Assembly (NCBI GenBank): GCA_023411645.1
Contig: JAEYON010000055.1
Location: 17,118-81,117, forward strand
Source: Bacillota bacterium
Lineage (GTDB): Bacteria > Bacillota > Clostridia > Acetivibrionales > DTU013
DNA length: 64,000 nt
Direction of reading: 5' to 3'
The notes beneath the pieces are model-generated. The model searched no databases. It saw only the letters and a program-made list of their open reading frames with translations, and was not told the DNA's origin. Of this stretch, positions 28,014 to 38,159 are shown in pieces; the first letter of the stretch is position 1; every line of letters begins with the position of its first letter. Both the position numbers and the translations under genes were made by a program.

Positions 28014-28901
28014 TTGAAAAAAATTTTTGAACTAAAGGAAAGACCGAAGGCAATTCTTTATCTTGCTATTACTGCAGCACTCTGGAGTATTGGGGGACTA
28101 CTAATAAAATCGGTAAATTCCAACCCATTGGCTATCGCTGGAGTGAGGAGCGGCATTTCAGCTATCATATTACTATTGGCAACCGGGAAGCCGAAATTTA
28201 ACTGGTCCTTCCCACAAATCGGAGCTGCGATTTGTTATTCGGCGACGGTTCTGTTATTTGTCGCCGCAAATAAAAACACGACGGCTGCAAATGCCATACT
28301 TATTCAATATACCGCGCCAGTATATGTTGCACTACTGGGGGCATGGTTGTTGAAGGAGAAGGTAAGGCTTCTGGATTGGTTCACTATTGTTCTTGCCATA
28401 GGCGGTATGCTGCTGTTCTTTTTGGATGATATCAGTATGGAGGGCATGTTTGGCAATATACTTGCGGCTGTTAGCGGCCTTGCCTTTGCTATGTTTACAA
28501 TTTTTATGAGAATGCAGAAGGACGGATCTCCCATCGAGTCTGTATTGTTGGGTAACATTCTGACTGCTGTTATAGGCGTACCCTTTTTATTTCGGAATGT
28601 ACCTGATGGGAAGGGATGGCTCTGTCTTGCCGTATTGGGGGTTGTTCAGCTTGGGCTGCCCTATATCCTATATTCAAAAGCCATCAAGCATGTTACAGCG
28701 CTTGAAGCAACATTGATCCCGATAATTGAGCCTATTCTCAACCCTGTATGGGTGTTTCTGGCACTGGGAGAAACCCCGGGGAAATGGGCGGTTATCGGCG
28801 GAATTGTTGTCATTGTTGTCGTTACAGGCAGATGCCTGATATCAATACGATCACTTCAGGAAAAACCAGAACAACTGAATCATGGGGCACTTGAGAGCTA
28901 G
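28014..28901 (+). CDS. EamA/DMT-family transporter
   Basis: 295 aa, 10 predicted TM helices in two EamA repeats. TTG start. Confidence 0.8.
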   Translation: MKKIFELKERPKAILYLAITAALWSIGGLLIKSVNSNPLAIAGVRSGISAIILLLATGKPKFNWSFPQIGAAICYSATVLLFVAANKNTTAANAILIQYTAPVYVALLGAWLLKEKVRLLDWFTIVLAIGGMLLFFLDDISMEGMFGNILAAVSGLAFAMFTIFMRMQKDGSPIESVLLGNILTAVIGVPFLFRNVPDGKGWLCLAVLGVVQLGLPYILYSKAIKHVTALEATLIPIIEPILNPVWVFLALGETPGKWAVIGGIVVIVVVTGRCLISIRSLQEKPEQLNHGALES

Positions 28902-28985
28902 CAGAAAGACACCCTATACTTAGACTAAAGCATTGACATTTATTTAACAATATTTTTGATTATATTTTGACTAGGGGGAGATCAC

Positions 28986-29918
28986 ATGAGCAGCTTTGAA
29001 AACCTACGAATTGTCGATAATTTTTATCAGACCTCTGCATTTTTTCCGATGCCTACTGTTTTGATTGGTACGTTAACCGAAACAGGCATGACGACCCTTG
29101 GTTCTTATTCACTGGTGCAGCCATATTATGTGGCCGGCAAGGATTATTACGCCATGCTGCTGTGCTGCCGAAACTCATCTAATACTGCCCAAAATATTTT
29201 ACGCAATGGTAAATGTAGTATTAACTTCATTCCCGATGATAGAAAATATTTCAAAGAAGCCGTTCGAATTGGTTTTCCGGGTGATACACCAGAGGAAAAG
29301 ATGAAAAACTGTCTTTTTACTTTGGAAGAAGGTCTAATGACTGAAAACAATCCTTCCGAAAAATATCCGAAGGTTGTAGCCGAATCATTTCAGGTAATGG
29401 AGTGTACTTGGATGAGTCATCTCGACAACGCTCAAAATGATGCACCCGGGAAACTGGACGGATATCCGCCGCCGTATCATGACTTCAATGGCATTACATC
29501 AGAGTTCGGTGCTCATTTTATTTTACGCATCGACAAAATTCTGATGAAATCCAAATATCGTAATACCATCATCAATGGTGTATCGGCCAAGGGATTTCCC
29601 CGGGTGCCTGTGGATTACGGTTACCGTGACTCGAAAAACTTCTGGTATACCCGTTTTAGGAGACCTCTGGCCGAGCTGCTTCCGGTAAGAGAAGGCAGCA
29701 TTCAATCGGTGCGCTACGCAGCTGATCGTATTGATGACAAGATCACCTTCACCGACGAGGCCTGTGCGAAGCTGGTTAAAGTACCTCGAATCTTTCTGAA
29801 TACGGCGTTAAAGGGCTGTGTTGCCTGGGCAAGGGAAAATGGAGTGGATCGCATTGAAGCAGAGCACATGGATATCATCAACGATAAACGTTCCAGGGAA
29901 AAGCAGGGAAAAAAATAA
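28986..29918 (+). CDS. Flavin-reductase-like (split-barrel) domain protein with an extra C-terminal domain
   Basis: 310 aa. The N-terminal ..FPMPTVLIGTLTETG..LGSYSL.. pattern resembles the FMN-binding flavin reductase-like fold. The C-terminal ~110 aa are unassigned. Confidence 0.4.
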   Translation: MSSFENLRIVDNFYQTSAFFPMPTVLIGTLTETGMTTLGSYSLVQPYYVAGKDYYAMLLCCRNSSNTAQNILRNGKCSINFIPDDRKYFKEAVRIGFPGDTPEEKMKNCLFTLEEGLMTENNPSEKYPKVVAESFQVMECTWMSHLDNAQNDAPGKLDGYPPPYHDFNGITSEFGAHFILRIDKILMKSKYRNTIINGVSAKGFPRVPVDYGYRDSKNFWYTRFRRPLAELLPVREGSIQSVRYAADRIDDKITFTDEACAKLVKVPRIFLNTALKGCVAWARENGVDRIEAEHMDIINDKRSREKQGKK

Positions 29919-29943
29919 CTTAACATAATAAGGGGAGAGGACT

Positions 29944-30801
29944 ATGAAAATTGTTCTTGCAGGTGCTTTTGGTAAGCTGGGAAGTGATATTTTAAGAGCA
30001 CTGGTACGTGAAGGTCATACTGTTGTTGCTGCGGATCTGGTGATACGTGATATCCCTGAAATTGAGGGGAAATATTCTGCAAAAAAGCTGGATGTGACTG
30101 ATGCCAAGTCCCTGGAAGGTCTGTGTGATGGTATGGATGCTGTCATTACCACAGTAGGACTAACTGCCACCTCAGCTACCCTTACCAACTATGAAATTGA
30201 CTATCAGGGAAATTTGAATTTATTAAATGAGGCTAAGCGTGCCGGTGTGAAGAAGTTTGCCTATATCTCGGTCATCAAGGCTGACTCCGATAGAACTGTC
30301 CCCATGCTCCATGCCAAGGCAATGCTTGAAGATGAATTAAAGAAAAGTGGTATTCCCTATGTAATTTTTCGACCAACCGGCTACTTTTATGACATAGCTA
30401 AAGTATTTATGCCCATGATTGCGAAAGGTGAGGTGACCTTACTGGGCAATAAGGCAGTCTGCGCCAATGTAATAGACACCGCCGATCTTGCCGACTTCAT
30501 TGTATTGCATATAAATGATGAAAATAAAACTTACGATGTAGGCGGTACCGAAACCTATAGCTATGAGGAAATAGCCAATATGTTTTTTGAAGCAGCAGGT
30601 AAGCCTCCGGTTATCAATCGAGCTCCCGAGTGGCTGTTTACTGCACTGGCCTTCATTAACAAGTTAAAAAAGAATGGCAAGGAAGCCATCATTCGTTTTT
30701 CTAAGTGGACACTGACCCATGACCTGGTAGGCGACAACAAATATGGCAGACTTAGCTTCAAAGAGTATGTTAAGAGCTGTTATAGCGGAGGTGCTAAATA
30801 A
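29944..30801 (+). CDS. NAD(P)-binding atypical SDR / NmrA-like protein
   Basis: 285 aa. N-terminal GAFGKLG Rossmann motif. Confidence 0.7.
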   Translation: MKIVLAGAFGKLGSDILRALVREGHTVVAADLVIRDIPEIEGKYSAKKLDVTDAKSLEGLCDGMDAVITTVGLTATSATLTNYEIDYQGNLNLLNEAKRAGVKKFAYISVIKADSDRTVPMLHAKAMLEDELKKSGIPYVIFRPTGYFYDIAKVFMPMIAKGEVTLLGNKAVCANVIDTADLADFIVLHINDENKTYDVGGTETYSYEEIANMFFEAAGKPPVINRAPEWLFTALAFINKLKKNGKEAIIRFSKWTLTHDLVGDNKYGRLSFKEYVKSCYSGGAK

Positions 30802-31625
30802 TGAGTTTTTCCGAGGCCTGGACAATTGCCTTTCCCCAGTCATTGTTAATTATTGCTATAGTATGCGCTGCGTTGTCCTCTGTAGGTTTCTATAAATTTG
30901 TATATTTTCTTTCAATAGGATATGGATTTGCAATTGCCGGAAGTGGCATAGCACTACTGGCTCTTTACAGCTCTGTAATGAGAATACCAATGATACTCCT
31001 CTGTGTTCTTTTAATTGCGTATGGTATTCGGCTCAGCGGATATTTGCTGGTGCGTGAAATCAAAAGCGCCACATACCGTAAAACACTTAGTGAAGCGGCA
31101 GGTAGTGAAAAACCCATGCCTATTTTTGTTAAGGCTGTTATATGGATAGCATGTTTTCTAATGTATACCTGTCAGGTATCTCCTGTACTTTACCGCCTGG
31201 AAGCGAACTCAGAAGGTGATGTAATTCCTGTAGTAAGTGTAATAATTATGACATTTGCTCTAATTATCGAAACCTTAGCAGATCATCAAAAAACTGAGGC
31301 TAAAAAGGTGAATTCAAATCGGTTTTGCGATACTGGATTATATAAAATTGTCCGCTGTCCCAATTACCTGGGTGAAGTATTGTTCTGGACAGGTGTATTG
31401 ATTTCGGGTTTTGGTGTATTACAGGGCGCGGTTCAATGGGTTATCGCTATCTTTGGTTACATTTTACTTGTATATGTCATGTTCAGCGGCGCCAAGCGAC
31501 TTGAGGGGCGACAGAATAAAAATTATGGTACTGATCCTGAGTATCAGGCTTATGTAAAGAAAACCCCCATATTATTGCCACTAATGCCCTTATACTCACT
31601 GCAGAAGTTTGATTTCATCAAATGA
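30801..31625 (+). CDS. DUF1295 / steroid-5-alpha-reductase-like polytopic membrane protein
   Basis: 274 aa, multi-TM. The block ADHQK..NRFCDTGLYKIVRCPNYLGEVLFW matches the DUF1295 signature as I recall it. The start overlaps the previous stop (TAATG). Confidence 0.6.
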   Translation: MSFSEAWTIAFPQSLLIIAIVCAALSSVGFYKFVYFLSIGYGFAIAGSGIALLALYSSVMRIPMILLCVLLIAYGIRLSGYLLVREIKSATYRKTLSEAAGSEKPMPIFVKAVIWIACFLMYTCQVSPVLYRLEANSEGDVIPVVSVIIMTFALIIETLADHQKTEAKKVNSNRFCDTGLYKIVRCPNYLGEVLFWTGVLISGFGVLQGAVQWVIAIFGYILLVYVMFSGAKRLEGRQNKNYGTDPEYQAYVKKTPILLPLMPLYSLQKFDFIK

Positions 31626-31654
31626 ATTCTTTGTTTAGTTATATAAATCGCTGA

Positions 31655-31682
31655 AGGATGTCACAGATGCTTGTGACATCCT
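31655..31682 (+). terminator. Stem-loop after the DUF1295 gene
   Basis: AGGATGTCACA, 6 nt, TGTGACATCCT. No strong U-tract. Confidence 0.45.
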
Positions 31683-31711
31683 GTCGGTAGAATGCCGGTA
31701 TTGGCTTATCC

Positions 31712-31745
31712 AATAAAATACCGCAAGCCCTGAGAGGCTTGCGGT
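31712..31745 (-). terminator. Rho-independent terminator of tRNA-Arg
   Basis: On the minus strand: ACCGCAAGCC, 6 nt, GGCTTGCGGT, followed by ATTTTATT, immediately 3' of the tRNA. Confidence 0.65.
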
Positions 31746-31748
31746 ATT

Positions 31749-31825
31749 TGGTACGCCCGACACGATTCGAACGTGCGACCTGCGGTTTAGGAAACCGACG
31801 CTCTATCCTACTGAGCTACGGGCGC
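31749..31825 (-). tRNA. tRNA-Arg (anticodon CCT), CCA encoded
   Basis: The reverse complement GCGCCCGTAGCTCAGTAGGATAGAGCGTCGGTTTCCTAAACCGCAGGTCGCACGTTCGAATCGTGTCGGGCGTACCA folds by hand into a cloverleaf. It has a 7-bp acceptor stem, a TTCGAAT T-loop and a TTCCTAA anticodon loop. Confidence 0.9.
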
Positions 31826-31858
31826 GTGTAAAATTTCATTTTGAACTGAGGCGTAATA

Positions 31859-31887
31859 ATTGTACAATGAAAAGTTGGCTTTGTCAA
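31859..31887 (-). promoter_or_regulatory. Sigma-70-type promoter of tRNA-Arg
   Basis: Minus strand TTGACA, 17 nt, TACAAT, about 33 nt upstream of the mature 5' end. Confidence 0.5.
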
Positions 31888-32105
31888 CCCCGATGAAAAC
31901 GCTGATAACCCCGCTAAAACGTTGATTTTTGAAGCTTTATATGCGTGTCCAAAACGTCCTGTAATGCTTTGCAGCCGACCAGGAAGCATTATCTGAAATG
32001 GAACTGACTACACCATAATAATTACACAGGCAGCAATTACCAGTGGGTTAACAACATGAAGCTGTTTGCCGATAAATAAACTGAGATATGCTTTGGGGGG
32101 ATAGT

Positions 32106-35100
32106 ATGAGTTTCTATAACAATGAAAACATGGAATATACGGCTGTACATGAAAGGCCTGACAGATTTGTTATATTAAAACCGCTTCTGCTTCTGCTGCT
32201 TGTCATTGGGATGTTTTTGATCATGTCGAATGGGGCATACGCGATGAGCCTGACGGCCTTTCCGGCCAGCCCGGATACTGATACTCAGATTAGGCTGGAC
32301 TGGTCCTCTGTCAATGGAACTGAAGCGTATCGGCTCAAGTGGCGCAATGCTGCAAGTACCGTTACCGGACAGGTGGATATACCAGTCAATTTGACACTGG
32401 ATCCATTGACCTACACTGTTTCAGGACTTGATGAGCAGACAGCTTACTACTTTACAATAGAAGCATACTCCGATACGGGATTTACAACCAAGCTTGATGC
32501 GCAGACAGTACCGGCCTCCACAACAGCTATCATAAGTCCGTACAATGTTAAAGCCGTTTATAATATTAATACCTGCAAGGCTATACTAACATGGAATGCA
32601 TCTGCATTGACTTCAAGCTGCAGCATCTCCCGTTATGATTTATCTGGTAATTTCATAGATGAATTACCGGCGGACACAATAACCGGTACATCTATTGAGG
32701 AAACTGGGTCGGATTACGTCATTTATACTGTGAAGGCATTAGGGAGCGGGGGGCAGGAATCAGCTCACTCTGAAGAGACATGGATACTGCCGATCGCAGC
32801 ACCGTATATACAAATAGAGAGACTTGAAGGTACCGTTCAGATCTTCTCAAATACGCAAACACCATTATTTTTCTTCAGTCTGCATAGATCTAAATGGAAT
32901 AATACGACCTCTGCATGGGGTCCATGGGAGGAAATCAGCAGTTCATTCCCCGATGAAGGATACTTTGATCATTTTTCCAGCGGCGGAAAATACCGATACA
33001 GACTGGAAGCAGAATATAGCGGATACATTGGCTACAGTAATACCACTGAATATGTAAATGGCCTTGCCGGACCCTCGGATTTAACATTAAGGGTCTCCGG
33101 ACCAGGGAGCATTGATCTGGAATGGACGAATGCGCCGGGGAATGATGCTGACACAAAGATCTTTCGCAAGATCGGAAGCGGTGACTATAAAGAGATCGCT
33201 ACTGTCGGTAATACCATTGAGTCTTACACCGACGCGGTAGTCGTTGCTGCCGGTACGGTCTATGAATATGCGGTGATGGTTTACGAATCTCAAAATAATT
33301 ATTCTCTTCAGGCAAATGCAAGCATCATCCCGGCCATACCGGCGGCGCCGACAGCTCTGCGAGCTGATCTTTCCTCTACTTCGGGGATAACTCTTACCTG
33401 GACGGATAACGCAGACAACGAAGATGAGTTTATAATAGAAAGAATGACAAGCCCGGGAGCATATGTGGCATTATCGCCTACCGTGGCTGCAAAGGCAGGA
33501 ACCGGAACCACCGTGACATATCTGGATGAGAATGTTACGCCGGGAAATACCTACATTTACCGGGTTCGTTCCTCAAATGCCCTTGGCCGTTCATCATACT
33601 CCAATGAAGTGACAGTCAGTGCGTGGGATACTGTTGCACCGGCTGCGCTGACCGTTACACCTGTTTCCTCCACCCGTCTGGATCTGGCCTGGAGCTATAC
33701 CGGAACATTGACCTACAATACCGTTATTGAGCGAAAAACCGGCACCACCGGCACATGGACGACGATCTATACAGCGCCCCGAGGCGTTCTAAAATACAGC
33801 GATACCGGCTTATCACCAAACACACAGTATTTCTACCGGATCAGAAAATCATTGGGGCCAAATGCCACGGGGATTGCCTATCCGAATAATGAAATCGGTA
33901 TCGGCGCTTATACGCGACTGGGTAATTTAAAGCTGTCGGGAGAGGCTGTCTCCGGAAATAGTATTCGTCTCTCCTGGACGGGTAACACCTTTGCGGATGT
34001 TATCATTGAAAGGAAAATGTCCAGTGGGAGCTTTAGTGTGCTTACAACTGTCAGCGCGAATACAAATAGTTGGACTGACGATACGGGACTGGTTCCCGGT
34101 GCTTCATATACGTACAGGCTAAAGTCGAAGACGGCGACTAATGAATCTTTGTACTCCAATGAATACACAGTCCAGAACTTCTATCTTGACTCGCCATCAA
34201 GCCTTAGCGCAACCGTTGATACCGCAGGATCTATCACGCTGGACTGGACGGATAATTCACGGGATGAGACAGGCTTTGAGATATGGAGACATACGTACGG
34301 TACAAGTGAATACATTCTTTATGCAACAGTGGGTCAGAATGTCACTACATTTACAGATACAAAACTTACAAGGGGGATCCAGTATTATTATAAGGTGAGG
34401 GCTTATATTGCAGCGGAGAGCAGCTATTCGTCTTTTTCGAATACAGCCTCAACCGGGATTGGTTTGATCAACCCTCCGTCTGACCTAAGTTACACATATG
34501 TATCAACCACCAGAGCTACATTGAAATGGAAGGATAACTCATCTGATGAGAATGGCTTTCAGATAGAGCGGAAAATTGGGATTGACGGTGAGTGGAGAGT
34601 GATATACTGGGCATCCAGAAATTCAACGTCTTATACTGTTAGCAATCTGGACCCTAATATAGATTACTATTTCAGGGTGCGCGCATATACTTATTCCGGA
34701 AACGCCAGCTCAGTGAGCGAGGAAATACTGGTAAGCACCGCTTTGCCAACTGCGCCATCCAATGTTTCAGCTATATCAGTTGCAATGTCACAGGTTAAAA
34801 TAACATGGCAGGACAATTCTGATAATGAAAAGGGGTTCAGGATACTGCGCAGACCATCGACCAGCTCTACTTTTACCGCTCTGGCAACGGTCGGCAAAGA
34901 TACCACAGTTTATTTTGATAATTCGGTAGTATACGGGAAGCAATACTATTATAAAGTAGCTTCATACAACGACACAGGTTCATCTGAAAGCACTGCGACA
35001 GTTGTGGCAGTAAAGGCGAGTACAAAATCGAACTTTACAGACCTCGCCGGTGTTTCCTGGGCAAAGGATGCTATAGAAAACCTCGCCGGGCTTGGCATAA

Positions 35101-35582
35101 TTCAGGGGGTAACAGACAAAGTATTCGCACCGAACAGTACGATAACCAAAGCAGAGTTCACGACAATTGTTGTAAGAGCTTTTGGACTTGAAACAGCTCC
35201 AATCGGCAGCCTGGCAGATGTCAGATCGGATAAATGGTACTATAAGAATGTCATGATCGCAGAGAATCTAGGGGTAATTGCGGGAGATGCCAACAACCGG
35301 TTCTATCCGGAGGCCGCGATCACCCGTGAGGAAATATGCATGATGCTGTTTAAGGCACTACAGGTCACTGAGAAGAACTTTACCATTCACGATAATTCAA
35401 AACTGGAGAAATTCATAGACAAGAATAACATTTCACCGGCATCAGTGTCGGGCATGGCGACACTGGTGGGAGAGGGTGTCATCGAAGGATTGCCGGGAAA
35501 TATCATCGGTCCGAAGTACACGGCAACGAGAGCACAGGCTGCCGTACTTGTATACAGGACATTGAGTAAAATTATGGAGTAA
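32106..35582 (+). CDS. Large cell-surface protein: signal anchor, about ten tandem fibronectin-type-III repeats, three C-terminal SLH domains
   Basis: The ORF track starts at 32088. ATG 32106 has GGGGGGA upstream. The pattern (L.W......F.I.R....Y..Y.Y.V.A) recurs every ~90-100 aa. The C-terminus carries three SLH motifs (FTDLAGVSWAKDAIENLAGLGIIQG.., LADVRSDKWYY.., FIDKNNISPASVSG..). Confidence 0.85.
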   Translation: MSFYNNENMEYTAVHERPDRFVILKPLLLLLLVIGMFLIMSNGAYAMSLTAFPASPDTDTQIRLDWSSVNGTEAYRLKWRNAASTVTGQVDIPVNLTLDPLTYTVSGLDEQTAYYFTIEAYSDTGFTTKLDAQTVPASTTAIISPYNVKAVYNINTCKAILTWNASALTSSCSISRYDLSGNFIDELPADTITGTSIEETGSDYVIYTVKALGSGGQESAHSEETWILPIAAPYIQIERLEGTVQIFSNTQTPLFFFSLHRSKWNNTTSAWGPWEEISSSFPDEGYFDHFSSGGKYRYRLEAEYSGYIGYSNTTEYVNGLAGPSDLTLRVSGPGSIDLEWTNAPGNDADTKIFRKIGSGDYKEIATVGNTIESYTDAVVVAAGTVYEYAVMVYESQNNYSLQANASIIPAIPAAPTALRADLSSTSGITLTWTDNADNEDEFIIERMTSPGAYVALSPTVAAKAGTGTTVTYLDENVTPGNTYIYRVRSSNALGRSSYSNEVTVSAWDTVAPAALTVTPVSSTRLDLAWSYTGTLTYNTVIERKTGTTGTWTTIYTAPRGVLKYSDTGLSPNTQYFYRIRKSLGPNATGIAYPNNEIGIGAYTRLGNLKLSGEAVSGNSIRLSWTGNTFADVIIERKMSSGSFSVLTTVSANTNSWTDDTGLVPGASYTYRLKSKTATNESLYSNEYTVQNFYLDSPSSLSATVDTAGSITLDWTDNSRDETGFEIWRHTYGTSEYILYATVGQNVTTFTDTKLTRGIQYYYKVRAYIAAESSYSSFSNTASTGIGLINPPSDLSYTYVSTTRATLKWKDNSSDENGFQIERKIGIDGEWRVIYWASRNSTSYTVSNLDPNIDYYFRVRAYTYSGNASSVSEEILVSTALPTAPSNVSAISVAMSQVKITWQDNSDNEKGFRILRRPSTSSTFTALATVGKDTTVYFDNSVVYGKQYYYKVASYNDTGSSESTATVVAVKASTKSNFTDLAGVSWAKDAIENLAGLGIIQGVTDKVFAPNSTITKAEFTTIVVRAFGLETAPIGSLADVRSDKWYYKNVMIAENLGVIAGDANNRFYPEAAITREEICMMLFKALQVTEKNFTIHDNSKLEKFIDKNNISPASVSGMATLVGEGVIEGLPGNIIGPKYTATRAQAAVLVYRTLSKIME

Positions 35583-35591
35583 ATAAACGAA

Positions 35592-35616
35592 TGCCGACCG
35601 GGGTTATTGGTCGGCA
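35592..35616. terminator. Stem-loop between convergent genes
   Basis: TGCCGACC, 9 nt, GGTCGGCA. Confidence 0.5.
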
Positions 35617-35674
35617 CATTACAGCAAATGGTTAGTAAGGTTGCAATGAAAGACATATGACAGACTAAAGCTTG

Positions 35675-36817
35675 TTATTCAAACAAAGCTGCAGCCCTGC
35701 CCATATTTTCTATTACCTGAACGCTGAAAGGGCATCTTCTCTCACAGCTGCCGCAGGCGATACATTCGGAAGCTTTATGAGGCAAAGCGGTATATTGTTC
35801 GTGAAGCTGGGCAGTGACAACATTATCCAAAGATGCAACATCCAGAAGTCTTGTTGTTGCCGCTATATCAATCTGTGACGGACATGGCAGGCAGTGATTG
35901 CAATAGGCGCATTTCGCATGCAATGTACTCTTGAGACCCTTGAGTGCATCGCTGTAATCCTTTTGTTCCTCTGTGAGGTTCAGATAATTGACAGCCTCCA
36001 GAACCTCATCCCGGGTTTTGCAGCCGATCAGTGTGCTTACGACAGCAGGACGGGACAGAGCGTAATGTATACACTGCCCTGTGGTAAGCGCCCGGCCAAA
36101 CGGCGAGAATTCTTCTGAAAGCAGCCTCCCTGCACCGTAAGTCTTCATCGTGGTTATTGCTACGCCCTTGCTTTCACAAAGCTCATATAGCCTTGCTCTT
36201 ACAGGATTGATCCCGCTAAATTGACCGGGGTCAAATTTTTTTTCCAGATACGAAAGAGCATTTGAGTCCTTGGGCAGCATATCAAAGGCAAGATTCGTAC
36301 TGAACATAAGAAGGTCGATAGCTCCTGTCTCTACAAGCCTCGCAGCCGTTTCCGGGTCATGTGAACTGGCGCCGATCGCACGGATCTTACCCTCCTGTTT
36401 TAACTGCTGAACATATGATATATATTCAGTCTCAAACACACCCTTAAAATCCTCTTCAGTATCAATAAAGAACATCATGCCCAGATCAATGTAATCTGTT
36501 TTGAGGATGCGCAGCAGATCATCAAAATATCTGCGGCAGGTGGAGACATCCCGCGTTCTGTCATATTGCCCGTTTGTTTCTATCGAACCGATGTGACCCT
36601 GGAGCAGTACTTTGTCCCTTCTGCCTTTAAGTGCTTTTGATATATTTTCTCTTACAGGTGTGCCGGGCATGAAGAGATCAAAAATATTAATGTCAGATTC
36701 AAGAGCTGCGTCAATGACTTCCTCACATACCTCGTAAGGCCTGTGATCCAAATACTCCGTGCCAAGGCCTATGATACTTGCCTTCATACCGGTTTTCCCA
36801 ATTGGTCTGTAAATCAT
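35675..36817 (-). CDS. Aldo/keto reductase fused to a C-terminal 2x[4Fe-4S]-type ferredoxin module
   Basis: 380 aa. AKR N-terminus (MIYRPIGKTGMKASIIGLGT). C-terminal Cys clusters CAYCNHCLPCP and CIACGSCERRCP. Confidence 0.85.
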   Translation of the reverse strand: MIYRPIGKTGMKASIIGLGTEYLDHRPYEVCEEVIDAALESDINIFDLFMPGTPVRENISKALKGRRDKVLLQGHIGSIETNGQYDRTRDVSTCRRYFDDLLRILKTDYIDLGMMFFIDTEEDFKGVFETEYISYVQQLKQEGKIRAIGASSHDPETAARLVETGAIDLLMFSTNLAFDMLPKDSNALSYLEKKFDPGQFSGINPVRARLYELCESKGVAITTMKTYGAGRLLSEEFSPFGRALTTGQCIHYALSRPAVVSTLIGCKTRDEVLEAVNYLNLTEEQKDYSDALKGLKSTLHAKCAYCNHCLPCPSQIDIAATTRLLDVASLDNVVTAQLHEQYTALPHKASECIACGSCERRCPFSVQVIENMGRAAALFE

Positions 36818-36845
36818 AGCCCAACCTCCGTTATTATATATTCCG

Positions 36846-37913
36846 TTATTTTACATATGAAAATTTGTAAATTGTCGTATGCTTGTACTCATCTCCCGCT
36901 TTAAGTATAGGTGACGGGAAATGCTTGTGTTTCATGGCATTGGGGAAGTACTGCGTTTCAAGACACAGGCCGTTTCTCTTTTTATAAAAAGCTCCGCCCT
37001 TACCGGGGGTGTCCTTGATGAAGTTACCAGAATAGAACTGCACCCCGGGTTTTGTTGTGTAAACCTCCATCAAACGGCCTGTTTTCGGGTCGAACACTTC
37101 AGCAGCCTTTTCGGGGGCTTTTCCGCTGACATTAAGAATCCAGTTGTGATCGTAACCTTTTCCGCAGATGATTTGATCATCCGGGCTGTTGATCCCCGCG
37201 CCAACACGTGTAAGGACTGTAAAGTCCATCGGCGTATTCTTTACATCGCGGATTTCTCCTGTTGGGATGCATTCTTCATTTATCACCGTAAAACGGTCCG
37301 CGTTGATTTTAAGCTCATGACCCAGAACATCTCCGGATGCATGTCCGGACAGGTTGAAATATGCGTGATTTGTCAGGTTAACAACCGTATCCATATCTGA
37401 AACGGCGTAGTATTCGATTTTCAGTTCACTTTCCTCTGTGAGAGTATACGTGACCTTGACATCCAGATTACCAGGGTAATTTTCCTCTTTGTCAGGGCTT
37501 CTGTAAAGAAGTTGTAAAGACTGTCCGCCACCCGCTGCTTCGACAATCCCAGCCTGCCATACAACCTTGTCGAAGCCTTTAATACCGCCATGCAGATGGT
37601 TCTTCCCATTATTCTCGGCCAGATGGTATACTGTCCCGTTTAATTCAAATTCAGAATTTTCAATTCTGTTTGCATGTCTTCCAATCAAGGCACCAAAGAA
37701 GTTTGTAAATTTGCAATAATCCTCCAGTGTATCAAAGCCCAGAGTGACATCGTCTATTTTTCCGTTTTTGTCCGGGACCTCGATGGATACAATGGTTCCT
37801 CCATAATTAATAATTTTTACTGCCATACCGTTAGAATTGGTGAGTGTAAAAAGATCAACCTGTGATCCGTCAGACAAATTACCATAAAAGCTCTTTTGAA
37901 TATTCATGGCCAC
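36846..37913 (-). CDS. galM: Aldose 1-epimerase (galactose mutarotase)
   Basis: 355 aa. Family blocks GRHANRI, NHLHGG and TNHAYFNL. Confidence 0.9.
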   Translation of the reverse strand: MAMNIQKSFYGNLSDGSQVDLFTLTNSNGMAVKIINYGGTIVSIEVPDKNGKIDDVTLGFDTLEDYCKFTNFFGALIGRHANRIENSEFELNGTVYHLAENNGKNHLHGGIKGFDKVVWQAGIVEAAGGGQSLQLLYRSPDKEENYPGNLDVKVTYTLTEESELKIEYYAVSDMDTVVNLTNHAYFNLSGHASGDVLGHELKINADRFTVINEECIPTGEIRDVKNTPMDFTVLTRVGAGINSPDDQIICGKGYDHNWILNVSGKAPEKAAEVFDPKTGRLMEVYTTKPGVQFYSGNFIKDTPGKGGAFYKKRNGLCLETQYFPNAMKHKHFPSPILKAGDEYKHTTIYKFSYVK

Positions 37914-38159
37914 CCTCCGCTTATATAAGCACTCTGCATTTTTTAGAATAATTATAACATAATCTTACTAGTAGAACAAACGAGAAAGCTTTGGAAAGAG
38001 AAAACGTATTACCGCTATTGTGCAACATCGGTGATAGACTGAATATTAACGAAAACTAAACAAAGGACAAAACTGGTAAAAAAACTTTAGCTGGGGTATA
38101 ATATGAGACGGGATATCCCTGAATATACAATAGCCGAGGATGGCGCGAGAGGTGGATTT

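Noticed and set aside
31626-32087. tRNA-Arg(CCT) as the attachment site of a genomic island
   Set aside because: No integrase is present, I noticed no direct repeat of the tRNA 3' end in the window, and the tRNA has its own promoter and terminator. The flanking genes look chromosomal.
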